A stretch of DNA of 64,000 nucleotides from Daphnia carinata (taxonomy: Eukaryota). The notes beneath the pieces are model-generated. The model was not told the DNA's origin, did no database searches, and worked only from the letters and a program-made list of their open reading frames with translations. Below are positions 12,244 to 23,068 of this stretch, in pieces. The position numbers and the translations under genes were made by a program. Within the stretch, counting starts at the first letter, position 1, and every line of letters starts with the position of its first letter. Location: NCBI RefSeq assembly GCF_022539665.2, contig NC_081331.1, positions 1,798,001 to 1,862,000 of the forward strand. Direction: 5' to 3'.

Positions 12244-15200
12244 ATGCTGAAATGGGCAAAAGGCTCGAAAAACGGAGGCCAAAGCAGTTCAACAGGCCAT
12301 CATTCGGCTACGTCGGCGGCTCGTGTTAGTCTGGCTGATTTACGACGCGCATCCGCCAAGCTCCTTCGACGCAAGGATTCCAGCTCTACCAACAAATCGA
12401 AGAACAGTCCAACGACTGCGACTAGCAATTCCTGCGCTCACGACATTAAAACGGGGACGACAGCATCCTCAGGTGGAGGTGGCTCACCGCCACCTCCGCT
12501 AGTGCCTCCGCGCGGCTCCAGCGCCGCTTCGTGTCACGGTGTTCCCACCTACGGCCATTGCAGCGGATCTGTCATTAGTGGAACAGCTACGCCGGGGTCG
12601 GTGAGGTCTTCCAGTCAGAAGGGCGGCGTGATTAAGCAGGCCACCGTCAGGAGAATGTCGACATTGCGGCAAGCGCGTTCCGTTTCTCCTATCAAGGACA
12701 GAGGCCAATATAGGCGACCCGATTCTTCATCTTCGTCGTGTACGACGAACTCTTCGTGTTCACCGTCGACAGCGAATCGACGGACGAGAAGGAAACCGGT
12801 TGCCATCGAAACGACCGATAATGGCAGCAGCCTCTACATGCAACTGGATAAGATCCCAGTTGCCGTTCAACAAACGGCTGGCTCTTCGTCGCTGTCCGGC
12901 TCGGCCTACATGTCGGCTGCTGCGGCTAATCTGAAACGGAAAGCGCTGGAAGATATCAGTAATCAAGGGTATAGAAATATTATCCATAGTCTCCAGGACG
13001 AACTGGCTCAAATGTCAGACGCTGAAGCCGAAGCAGCACGATCCGCTTCGGCGGATGAAACGCGGACATTGGCGGAAGCCACGCTCCTTCCCATGAACCG
13101 TAAGGGACTTACCATATTTTGAATAACAATTAAAATTCTGGATTTTTAACATTTTCTTTCTCTTTAATCCAGGAAAGGAAATCGTTCGGAGCTCAGCCTT
13201 GCGCAATCATTCCAAAATGGATAGCATTGTAGATGATCAAGTCACCAAAAATGGCGCGGCTTCGCCTTGCCCGTCAGTCAAACACCATCAACACCAGGCA
13301 GTGCCTTTAAAGAAACTGGACGGTGTAGTGGCCTCGTTTACTAATCAGCCACCCGCATCAAATGATTTACACCGACCTCGGCCAGTTCGTCACCCACCTT
13401 CGCCCACCGTCAACGTATCAGACGATAACTTGATGGATCTTTCCAGCTTAGCCATGGCCTGCAGCCGTAACGGTCTGCCATCAACACCGACGCCGTCCGC
13501 ATCGGCCTGTCATCCGTTCAATGGAACATCGTCACCTCTGAAGAAATCAGCCCCGTGCGGGCCGCACAATTCTACCGGCCAGCACCTACATCAGTATAGC
13601 GCAAGTCGTTCGCTTGCCAGTCACGGACTGTCTATTAGCAGCGCCACTGGATGCCAAGAGCCTTCCGTTCAGAACAAGAAAAACCGGCCCAACAAGCAAG
13701 TGACATTTCAGACCGAAGCGAGGCTAATTGGCGAATCAGTCACTCTGCCCGTCGTCTTTGAATCGCACCGCGAAAATGGCCTGACAGACGGGATAAAATC
13801 TGTGTGTGAAAGCGGGTCGTTGGAGATGCCGGGCTTCGTCAACGTGCCGTGCAGTCGGCGAGGCTTTTGCCTCGAATTAGTGTCTGCCAACGATTTGCCG
13901 GAAGTAGGGAAATTGAATGAATCTTGTAGCTCGAGCAGCGACCAACCGACGACGGACGAAGTGGATCACGTGAAGCGCGTCATGTCCCCAGACGGCGGCT
14001 ACGATTGGCAACCGTCTTACGTGAATTTAGAGGACACGGAAATAGCCCCCGTCCTGTTGGCTTCGTCGCGATCAGCCGATGATTCCAGCGATTTTTGGAA
14101 GCCCAGGTCCGTTGCTTCCGGTGGGCGACAACAGCCCAAACAACTGGCCGAACAGCTCCAGCCGGTCTACGACGCACCGAACAACAACAACAGCAAATCC
14201 ATTGACGTGGACAATCCACTGCTGTTGGAATTCCCTGGTTTCCGTTACGCCATGATGCAACTACCTGGCAATAACGCGTTGATGGAGCGCCGTTCCATTT
14301 CCAACGGTAGTTCCGGCAGCGATACGCAGGTACATAAAAGATTTATTTCTTTTTTTTTTTTTTTTTTTTTGCATACTTCCGATAACAATAGAAAATACTT
14401 AAAAAAAAGGGAAGATAAAATATACAATAGGTAGCGCCCCCTTCTTTGTTATTCACCTGTATTGATGTGTGTAGCGTAGCACCTTGATAATACGAAGCCA
14501 ATAAGATCCGCTAGGCATCCGAAAGATTGCGTGTTATTACATGTGTAAGACCCTTTCATAGCTAATACTTATAAAAGGGACTGCCGACCACGACCGTTAT
14601 GTACACCCTTCGAATCAAAGCCTCTGCCGCTTTTTCTTCTTTTCTCTGATTCTCTTTTCCACCCATTTCGGATTCTTTTTTTTTTTTTTTTTATTGGCCA
14701 GTTATTATTTAACGTCTTGCCAGAAGCTGTAGAATGCGCAGGGTCTATGGATAACAATAGACGCGTTATGCACTCTTCATTGAACTGTGACATTATTGGG
14801 TGGGGTAAAAAAAGCCGCCGGAATTGTGTAAGAAACATGTTTCCGCTCACAATAGAAAAAATTCGGGCAAATTTTATACTTCCCACCTTTCTCACATAAG
14901 GTCAATCCTTAACTTTAGTGTGTGCATTCCCTTAGCTAACATTCCTTACGGGATATTCAAATTGAATACGTTTCAATTCGAAACAAATAAAAATAAAATT
15001 CTTATTTCATTTTAAAAATAGGATTCCGGAGTGGCCGAAATGGCTCAAGCGCTTTCTTTGAGCCGGGCAGCCAGCGCTAGTCCTCAATTGGCGGCGAGCA
15101 GTCAAAGTTTGGCCGAAGACATGTTGTTGCCCGTCCAGCCTTTTGTTTACAACACTCTGCCGCGGACGGACAACAAACGGAGTCTTTACTACAATTGCTG

Positions 15201-17851
15201 GTCGAACCAGTCGCAATTGCAACAACAGCAACAAGCAACAGGATCGCAACAGCAATCGATGCCACTGCCATCTTGTCCTTCCAGCGTGTACTCGACGACT
15301 GATCCGCACTTTCTCTCCGGTTTGGCGTCTCCTTATTTCAGCCGGAGAATACCGGAAGAAAAAAGCAAAGCGTCTACGTCTTCATCTTCGACTTTAATGG
15401 CTCACATAGATCAACAAGATTCATCGTGGTCTTCCGATCATTTGTATTGTAACATGGCGTCTGTGGATCCGTTGCCATCGCTTCCGCCGCGCATCTCCCG
15501 TCGATGCCATTCGCTTCTTGCGCTGGCGTCTACGAAAACGACGGCAGCGGAAGGAGCAGCCGAGGATGCTGACTACGAAAATCTGAATATGCCGTCGCAA
15601 CCTGGACAGCCGATCATGGCGTTCAAAGCCAGGCTGAATGTATCGCACAGCCGCAGCCGCAGTCTACGGCATTCCGGTGATTTTACCAGCCCTTTCGGCT
15701 GGATCATTCCACCGTTTCAGCAGAACTCTCAAACTAAAGAACAAGAGAAACGAAGAGAATCGATAGCAGAGAACTGCATCGACGAAACAGATGGAAGAAT
15801 GAAAGAGGATAAAAAAGAAATCAGTAAATCAGCCCATTCTCGGCCCGTCTCTTCACGCAGACAACAATTGTTGCACGAAAGGGCTCATCGTTTGGAACTG
15901 ATGCTGAACGACGCCTCGGTTAACGATTGCTCGGAGCTGTACGAACCGTCTGATTGGTCGATGGAAGCCATGCTCTCTGACACTGTACGCGATATGGATA
16001 ACCTCTCATTCATGGATGGCCCTGCCGGCCAACAACCGGGCAGCCGCAACCATTGCCAGCATTGTTGCTGCAGTTCCGTTCGACGGCCTCTTCCGCCACC
16101 GATGAATAAATGTCGCTGTCAAATGGACCATCCAGGCCATTCTCCGTCTTCTTCGTCGAGCGTGTCATCCGCCGCATCGTGCCACTGCAACCGGAAGAAG
16201 AAATCAAGTGGAGCGCATAAACGGGAAGCGACTCGGGTACGCGAAAACGCTGCCACTCAGACGGAATTACAAACCAACGGGCCGACTGCAGGATCGAGGC
16301 TGGCCAGCCGGGCAACAGCCGCTGAGAATCCCCTTTACATGGCTTATAGCGATTTGACTAAAATCAATTGCGACGTGCTGGATCGTTCCGCCAAAACAGC
16401 CAGAACTGTTGCTGGGCAAGGACAGTCGGTCGGTGACGACTACGCGTCCGATAGTTGCGAAACTTGGAATTCACACAAGGCTCTTTATGCACGACTGCAA
16501 GCGGCCAAACAGAGTCGTGAAGTGTCTGTGTTGAGGGCAACAACGCCGGTGAAGAAACGAAGCAAGGGACTGCGTCTCCATGGCAACAAGCCGTTGTCGA
16601 CACCCTCTGGTAGTCGAATATGGCGTCACGACGGCCAGAGCGTCTCGACGCCGCAGAAGAGTCGTAAAAATGGCAGCAGGGGGCGTCACAATCGCCGACG
16701 CGGATGCTCCACTGCCAACACGACGGCTAATTCCACAAGCAAACTAGACCGGACGGCCATGAGTATTCGAAGCACATACAGCTCCAAAAGCTCTAATACC
16801 TTACGACGTCGTAAGAGCTCACGAAAACCTAAAGCTGCTGACGTTTTGCACGGCAAAGGTATCTTCATGATTCCATTCCACCTTTGTCGTGAATGGGTCA
16901 AGCCATTTTCATTGTTCGATAAACGCGAAAGGCAAACAATCTAATTTTCTTGTAATTCATTTATTTTCTATTAAATAGGACAATTACAATTGGCGATTTA
17001 CCTCAATTCCGGTCTATTGACAATTCACAGTAATTAACATAAATCAAATTACGTCCAATGAATCAATCAACAATTTTTGTGTTACATTGCAGTTCAATCC
17101 GCTCGATACCTGAAGAATCCCAACAGCGGTCGAGCGTGTAATTCATACGTCAAGGTGTCACTGATCCCTGACAATCCAGAGCAAACGTTTTGCCGGACGA
17201 CACTCGTCAAGAACGACAACAATCCTTGGTACGACCAGAAGTTTTCGTTCGAGTTTCTTTCGGCTGACCTTTACAAGAGACTCTTCATCTCCGTCTGGGA
17301 CCGGGATCCCAAAAAGAAGTAGGTCCTTGTCTCCTTATAAAGTATTTAGTTGGAATTCATTGCAAAAGGAAAGACGAAGAGAAGCTTAATATTATAACGC
17401 CCACCTGAGTTCTCATTGCTGCGAAAATCTGTGTCCTTTTCGCTATAAAAAAAGCGTCAAAAGTTAACTTCATTCCGCTTGAAAAATCGAATCCGCCGGG
17501 TGTGCGGAAGAGGGCTCAAGCTTATGCAATCAAGCTCTCGTCACTAATTTCATTATATATGTTAATTTCTCAATTTCGGATTGTCTCTTAATAGCATTTT
17601 TTTTTTGCGCTTTTCTTTCCTGTGTGATTTTTGCCTGCGCAGTCGGAGCGATTTCAGAGGCTGCATGTCCTTTAGCGTCAGCCACGTCATCCGAAAAGTG
17701 AGTACACTGATTCATTCTTACCCCGAATTTGATCAACCCCTCCAAATGTTGTAGCTCTTTCTCATTTGCATGAGACACCCTATCTCGTCTTATCTTTCCC
17801 GCATTCTCTTTTCGCTTCTCAATTTCAATGGATAAACTAGATGAGGAAAAG

Positions 17852-17887
<36 letters not shown>

Positions 17888-20800
17888 AAGCCTTTGGTGT
17901 GTGAGCTATTCGTCGTTCGTGATAACGGTCAAAACTGTATCCGAATGGCGACAGGAAGCGGCAGCCATAGCTGAGAAGTTTTTTGCCGTTTCTCTATTCA
18001 TTTCTAAACCTATTAGTGAACCGGCGCAAACTCCCTTTGGTCTTGCCCTCTATATAGGATTTAAAAACGACAGCAAACCATTGGATGTACAAAAAATGCC
18101 CAACCATTCCCGCACGTCAATTTCTTTGCCTTCACTTGTTCCACCAGCGTTTTGTGTCTCCTACCTCTAAGTCGTGAATTTTCATTCCGTTTTTGTCGCA
18201 GGACGCGAGTGGATGGTACAGATTGCTCAACGGGAACGTCGGCCGCCAGCGTCACTTTGCCGTGAAAAAACAAATCGATTTGAACAATTCGACGATCGGT
18301 ACGTGTCCAAAAAAACATTTGATTAACAATCTCGTTTATCATCTAATTGCATTTGTTGTGTTATGTTCAGTACCGACAGATCCAGACATGGAGGAGGATC
18401 TGGTTGTCGTGGATGACAGCGACTTGGACAATGGAATTATTGATGAACGTGATCGTGTAAGATCAGAGATATCGTCCAGTCCGTCACCATCTTCTGCCGC
18501 GTTGCCGAAGATTATTGGATCGGACATTCGCCACACTTCCGCACGTTGCCCGCCTGTGGAAGCCGAACCGAAAGGCAAAACGCCCTACACTACAACGGTC
18601 AATCTCAAGAGAGGTCCTAAAGGCTACGGTTTCTCTGTGACGTGGACACATCCGCCGAGGTATGATACAATAATTTCTTGTCCTCTCCAGTTATACGTCT
18701 GCGCTAATAGTACAAATCAAAGGGCCAAGGGGGAGGGATGCTACTGCTAATATTAGGAACAGATATTTTGTAATCAGTTTTTTCGTTGTCATACGAAGTT
18801 GGGAATCTAGTAGATCATTATATTTTGAGGCTGGTTCACGTACCGCGCCATGCATTAACTTGTAAAAAAAGAGATTATACTTTGGGGCTAATGACGTCGC
18901 TTTTCTACGTCACAAGCGAAAAGTTATAAAGTTCAATAATAATATTACTCTGCACCCCCCTCACCCCCCCCCCCTGTTAGATATGGCCCCTGTAACCCCA
19001 TGTAACTATTACCCAATGCCCTTTTCTTTTGTGTGTTGTTTTTATGTACATTCTAAAATGTATATCTTTTTTTTTCTGTGTAGAATTTTATTGCACTAGT
19101 GTGCTTCTCTTATTTATTAAACAAACCTTGGTTACTATTACAGAATCGAGAGGGTCGAGCCGGGCTTAGCGGCTGACCTGGCCGGAATGCGTGTCGCCGA
19201 CTACATTGTCTTCGTCGGCAGCCACAACGTCGTCAAAATGGACGAGGACCAAGTTCTTCAACTAATTCAGTAAGCCTCTCTACGCCTTTTCTCTCTTTTT
19301 TTTTGCCTTCTATTCCAGCAGTCCCGTTGGCTTGCTTTTTCTTTCCTATTCTGAACCTGGCCGATCGGTCGATAAATATTATTTGCATGCTATTGCCCAC
19401 CGTTGCGACGTATCACACTTGCGTGCTCATGTGCTATTTTCGTATTTTCTTTTGGTGGTCTTGCTTTTGAAATCTTGTGGGAAACCACCACCATTGAAAC
19501 ACAAACGGGCGCACGCAATAAGTATATGAAGGGAACTGTCTGTATCAGAATAGGGCAACAGTTTGCACCGCATCGTAAGGAAAGCAGATGAAAGATATGC
19601 AGAATCTTTAGTGATCCATTGCTGATCACTTGGACGTACTGGGTTCAAATCATTCGTATCCAACCACTTAGTTTGATCTCTTCGCCGTATTAGTGGGGAG
19701 AGTACGATATCGTTGCGACAAAAAAAAGAAGGACATGGTTTCATAATTTACCTACCGCAGGCAAAAGATTGGGAAGATCACCTCACCCCCACTCTATGTA
19801 AGCAGCAGGGGCGTTCATGGAAAAGGTTATCGTTTTTCTTTTGTTTGCAGAGCTGAATGTAAAATATCTACCACATCCTCTAATACCCTAGACAGGTGTA
19901 GGTAGGGTATGAAATCTGTGGGAAATGGGCCTCATTTTCAGTTTCGATTTTGTCGTATCCGAAAGTGGCCCTTTCGTATATGACGTCTTATTTTGTGTTC
20001 TTGTCGCCGGGTTTACGTAACGTCCCTCTTGCTATTCCTTTGTGCTGCCCACATCGGGTGAACAATGGCGTTCATTTTGTGTAGGAAGATCCCATCTCAC
20101 TGTGCAACATGGTCCGTCTCCCCGGCTGCCGAACTGAGTGAGTTGTTACACTGTTCTTTTAGGCTAGGGCAACAGTTTTCGTTGAATCATAAGTATAGGG
20201 AAAGAACAGATGCAGCGTCTCTAATGATTCGTTATTGGAAATCTATCGTCTGTTTCTGGCAATAGGCTAGACATTCGTTTGTAGACCTGCGTGTAGTCAC
20301 GTTCCACAAAGTTTTTTTTTTCTTTTTAGAGATTTTACGTTGGCCCAAAGAAAAATATCTTAAACGCGTTACCTGGTGAAATTCTTTTGTGTATTTGGAT
20401 GCCACGGGGAACGGCAAAGGCAAAAAGTCTGACAAGGAAAAAGGACAGCAATGTCAACGTCTCTACCACTGGAGCTCAGTTAACGCACGGGCTGTTTTCT
20501 CTCCTTTTTATGAACAAGTTTCGACCTGAGCTTCTATAGTGATCGTTAGAAAACGTTAGAACACATCCCGCTTCACATTTATATTCTTTTAACTTTTATT
20601 TTTTCGGCTTTATTCCGTACGTTCAGTAACTTCTTTTCCCCTTTTCTACTAGCTAATGGAAAAGGTTCTGGAAACGTGCCCCAGCGCGTCCTGCATGGTC
20701 GTCTGACATTTGGACTTTTATTTTTTCTAGTTGGGTATCGTCGATTCCTCTTTCCCCTCTGAGGGCTACGTGAGCATACGCATATAGCCAATACTATGCT

Positions 20801-21799
20801 GTAAGGAACATCACACAACTATTTTTTTTTTAGCGTGTGTGTGTCTAGAGGGGATGGATAAAAAGGTTGCCACACCCATAGCTGTCCTCTTGTTCACCCA
20901 TTATCTGTTTGCGTAGGAGAGTCCGATGAGTACGTACACCATCCTCACCCACATTATTCGATGGAAGTGGCCTGTATCGTTGAGGCCCAGCTTTTCACGT
21001 AGAAGAAGAAAACTTTCGATATTCTTTTCATCTGCCCTTTCTGGGAAACAAAAATAATCGATTTGCTAGGGCCTCGTTGTTTGCGAGAGGACGACGAAGC
21101 GCTTAGGCTGCCAACGAAAGAAACATTTTCTTTCGTCGACATCGGTATAGGCCTGTACAAGAGCCTGATGTGGCAATAGAGGGGAATGGTTTTGATAGCA
21201 TTTTCGTATGACAACAAACAAGTTGATATTTACAATCAGGGAAGGATGACGGAGAAGAAGCCCTCGCAATTTTTGAAATCATATTTGATAGCGTTTCTTC
21301 CGAATCGATGCCTTGCTGCTTGTAATTGGTCGTATCCGAATTTCATTGATTGTTTTTATTCGATTACAGAGCGGCGGGTGATACGTTGACATTGGAGATT
21401 TATCGAAAAAGCGGCAACAAACCGTCGTCGGGGTGCGTCACTTCCGATCAACTGACCACCGCCGAGCTGCGTTCAGACTTCCAACAACGGCAACTCAAAA
21501 GCCCGGTAAATCAAACACACAGTATATTGGCGAATGCGGCTCGAAAACCACCAGCCGTTTCGCACCATCAGCCGCCGTCGGCTGTTGCTGCGATGCCGGC
21601 TGTTGCTAGCGCTGCAACTAATAGTCGTCGCCAAGTAGTTGAAAATGTCAGTAATAATGGTAGCCCCGGTCATGTGTCCTGGCATCCTTCTCTTACTAGT
21701 AGCGGCACTTTGGCACCTCCGCTTGGAATTAATATTTCCAATGCACCACCGCTCAAGGTGGCGTTCAATAAATCAATCGGAGGAGGCGTTCTCGTCTGA
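12244..21799 (+). CDS. RGS3: C2- and PDZ-domain protein, about 1,707 aa; N-terminal (C2PA-like) half of an RGS3-like locus
   Basis: Ten exons with GT-AG introns and consistent phases: 12244-13099, 13173-14329, 15022-16858, 16979-17029, 17093-17318, 17643-17697, 18202-18298, 18371-18659, 19144-19269, 21370-21799 (5124 nt, no internal stop). ATG in GCCATG context after an acceptor at 12229. RGS3-type C2 domain (GQLQLAIYLNSGLLTIHIQSARYL...CNSYVKVSLIP...KRLFISVWDRD...GCMSFSV...DASGWYRLL), then PDZ (LKRGPKGYGFSVTWTHPPRIERVEPGLAADLAGMRVADYIVFVGSHNV...GDTLTLEIYR). The symbol means RGS3-like, from recalled similarity rather than a search. Confidence 0.85.
16979..18260 (+). other. C2 domain coding exons (RGS3-type C2)
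   Basis: Exons 16979-17029, 17093-17318, 17643-17697 and 18202 onward give the C2 signature YVKVSL...RT..VKNDNNPWYDQKFSF...LFISVWDRD...GCMSF...SGWYRLL. Confidence 0.9.
17853..17882. repeat. (AC)n microsatellite in a C2-domain intron
   Basis: Perfect AC run read directly. Confidence 0.9.
18585..21410 (+). other. PDZ domain coding exons
   Basis: Carboxylate-binding loop KRGPKGYGFSV, then RIERVEPGLAADLAGMRVADYIVFV and AGDTLTLEIYR, across three exons (ending 18659; 19144-19269; starting 21370). Confidence 0.9.
19620..20150 (+). pseudogene. Degenerate duplicate of the intron plus PH-domain exon at ~26575-27190, located in the PDZ intron
   Basis: Colinear similarity read by eye: GAAGATCACC, CATCCTCTA, CGATTTTGTCGTAT.CGAAAG, CTTGTCGCCGGGTTTACG, GTGAACAATGGCGTTCATTT, CTGTGCAACATGGTCCGTCTCC, GTGAGTTG. 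The copy (20058-20137) has acceptor CAG>CGG, GAG>TAG at 20082, and indels that shift the frame. Confidence 0.85.
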
Positions 21800-22094
21800 G
21801 ACGCCAACCTTTTTATTCATCACACAACATTCTTCGTGCCCTTTCTTTCAGTCCCCCCCCCATTTTGCATATAGTTGCTTGTTTTTATTTCGATTGTGTC
21901 TGTTTACCGTCGTCGAAAGCCTCCACTGTATAAAAATAGCAGTTCACCACGTTCACTTCCATATATATTTACGATTTTGGACTGTATGTATTTTTGTATT
22001 CACTCTTGGCTTTTCTCACGCGGATCGCGGTCCGTCATGCAAAATATGCCATGTATAATAGATGCCGCTTTTATGTAAACTGCCGTACCATGTA

Positions 22095-22100
22095 AATAAA
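22095..22100 (+). terminator. Candidate polyadenylation signal of the C2-PDZ unit
   Basis: AATAAA about 300 nt after TGA 21799, preceded by TGTA motifs and followed by T-rich sequence. Confidence 0.55.
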
Positions 22101-23068
22101 AGTACATCCCACATTTTATTTTAGCAAATATTACGATTTAAAATTTTCATTGCTTGTTTTTTTTTCACGTGCATGCTAATTTTAGTTTTCTTCTTGTTTC
22201 AATCATTCGTAGGGCCGCATTTCAGCCATTGTAAGGCTTTGCATACCGGTAGGCTTGACAGTTCTTTTAACAAACTTAGAAACGCAAACTCTTTGTATTA
22301 GTTTCAAACTCCTTGTTAATATGCGAACCGTAACTGTAGGCAATGGCAACCTTATAGTTACACTATAACCAGACCGCACGTGTCTGGCATTTGACAAACC
22401 ATCGACAGACGAAATCAAACAAAGCAACACGGCAGAGTTTTCCTCCTCGACTATGATACGCTCTAGCGCATCAGTGACGATCGTCAAACCCGGCAAGGCC
22501 GTCGCAATAATTTTCGTATTTATTCTGCGGTCGTTTTTCTTTCCCTTTGAGCTTTTGTTGTCTTCAGTGACACGTGGCTTCTTTATACATTAATGTTGTT
22601 CGTCACGTGCAGCAATCAAGAGATCACACGAATAATGCGTTTGAATTAAAACTTTGGTATTTTCTTTGATAAATCATCTTTTTCGATGTTTTCTTCGTGA
22701 GTTATCGTTCCCGTTTTTTGGTTTTTGTTTTCTTTGCTCACTCTTTTTGTTTTCTTGTGCCTTCGATCTCGTGGGTTGGCTTACAGCACCAGACTGGCTG
22801 TACAAAAGAGCTGGATAATACCCGCGATGTTCGAGTCCTTTTTGCGCGCTTTACGCTTCGATGTACGGAATGCATCAGCAGAAGAGTTGTCGTAGCAACC
22901 ACATCCTTCTTCGCTTTCTGTTATTAGCTCTTCATTCTGTCACGTTCGCTCGCAAAGCCAACCCTAGAAAAATTGTCAGAGCAAGAAGATAAGAAGAAAA
23001 AACAATCTGATGTTGGATTCGCGTTAATTGTTGTATATTACTTCGTGCGTTTTCAATTTGGCCGTCAG

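Noticed and set aside
12499..16901. Antisense and alternative-frame ORFs over the long exons
   Set aside because: Shadow ORFs expected from GC-richer coding sequence.
22340..22965. A first coding exon for the PH-RGS chain
   Set aside because: The short open frames here (for example from ATG 22861) have no convincing donor in the right phase; left unresolved.
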